A stretch of DNA of 64,000 bases from a virus, in the IMG/VR virus record IMGVR_UViG_3300025030_000010, positions 1-64,000 of that record, one strand, 5' to 3'. This document shows, one piece after another, positions 63,811 through 64,000 of the stretch (position 1 is the first letter of the stretch; each line of letters starts with the position of its first letter). The position numbers and the translations under genes are program-made. Below the pieces are notes generated by a model. That model saw only the letters and a list, made by a program, of their open reading frames with translations, did no database searches and was not told where the DNA came from.

Positions 63811-64000
63811 GTCGCTTTCTCCTTTGCTTCGTGTTTGACTGCTCAAGAAAGCTTTCCAGACGGCTGAGGATTGTCTGGAAAGCTCGATCAGAAGTCAACG
63901 CTTGTGCTGATATGCTTAGAGATTGAAAGCAACGTTGAACGGAATCTCCAGTTTCTCTTCGGGTATGCAATATACCCACGCTTTCATTTCCGCTTTGTCG

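Noticed and set aside
1-64000. tRNA genes and CRISPR arrays
   Set aside because: Intergenic spaces are short; none shows a cloverleaf with a T-loop or regularly spaced repeats by eye. A tRNAscan-SE/CRISPR finder run would confirm.

Overview
This 64-kb window is most of a tailed dsDNA bacteriophage genome (Caudoviricetes, siphovirus-type long non-contractile tail). It has two convergent arms that meet at a terminator near 27.9 kb. The + strand arm (1-27.9 kb) is the virion/lysis arm: large terminase, endolysin and holin, portal, head morphogenesis protein, prohead protease/scaffold, capsid, neck, tail tube, frameshifted tail chaperones, a 1972-aa tape measure, tail tip, fibre and spike. The - strand arm (28-64 kb) carries a largely self-contained replication/recombination/repair kit: family-B polymerase, DnaN-type clamp, DnaX-type loader, SF4 helicase, primase, initiator plus DnaC-like loader, gp32-like SSB, RecA, UvsY-like protein, RuvC-like nuclease, a split SbcC with SbcD, and an SNF2 helicase. 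It also carries accessory genes (RtcB, acyl carrier protein, ABC-ATPase/GNAT fusion, HU with PAKA tail, GIY-YIG endonuclease, serine resolvase) and many small Cys-rich ORFs. No tRNA, CRISPR array, integrase or small terminase was seen. The most striking observation is an orphan 282-aa ORF (58935-59783, -). After a Zn-finger-like N-terminus it reads as a string of short signature motifs from unrelated conserved phage proteins (PolB motifs A and B, SF4 helicase, terminase ATPase and nuclease, major capsid, tail tube). It is a candidate multi-epitope decoy against pattern-recognition antiphage sensors. Other notable items are two paralogues ending in an SSB-tail mimic (DEIPF), a kissing-loop attenuator-like leader ahead of the replication initiator, and a recurrent CTAATGAA motif at - strand promoters. 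All calls come from motif recognition by eye; no database searches were run.
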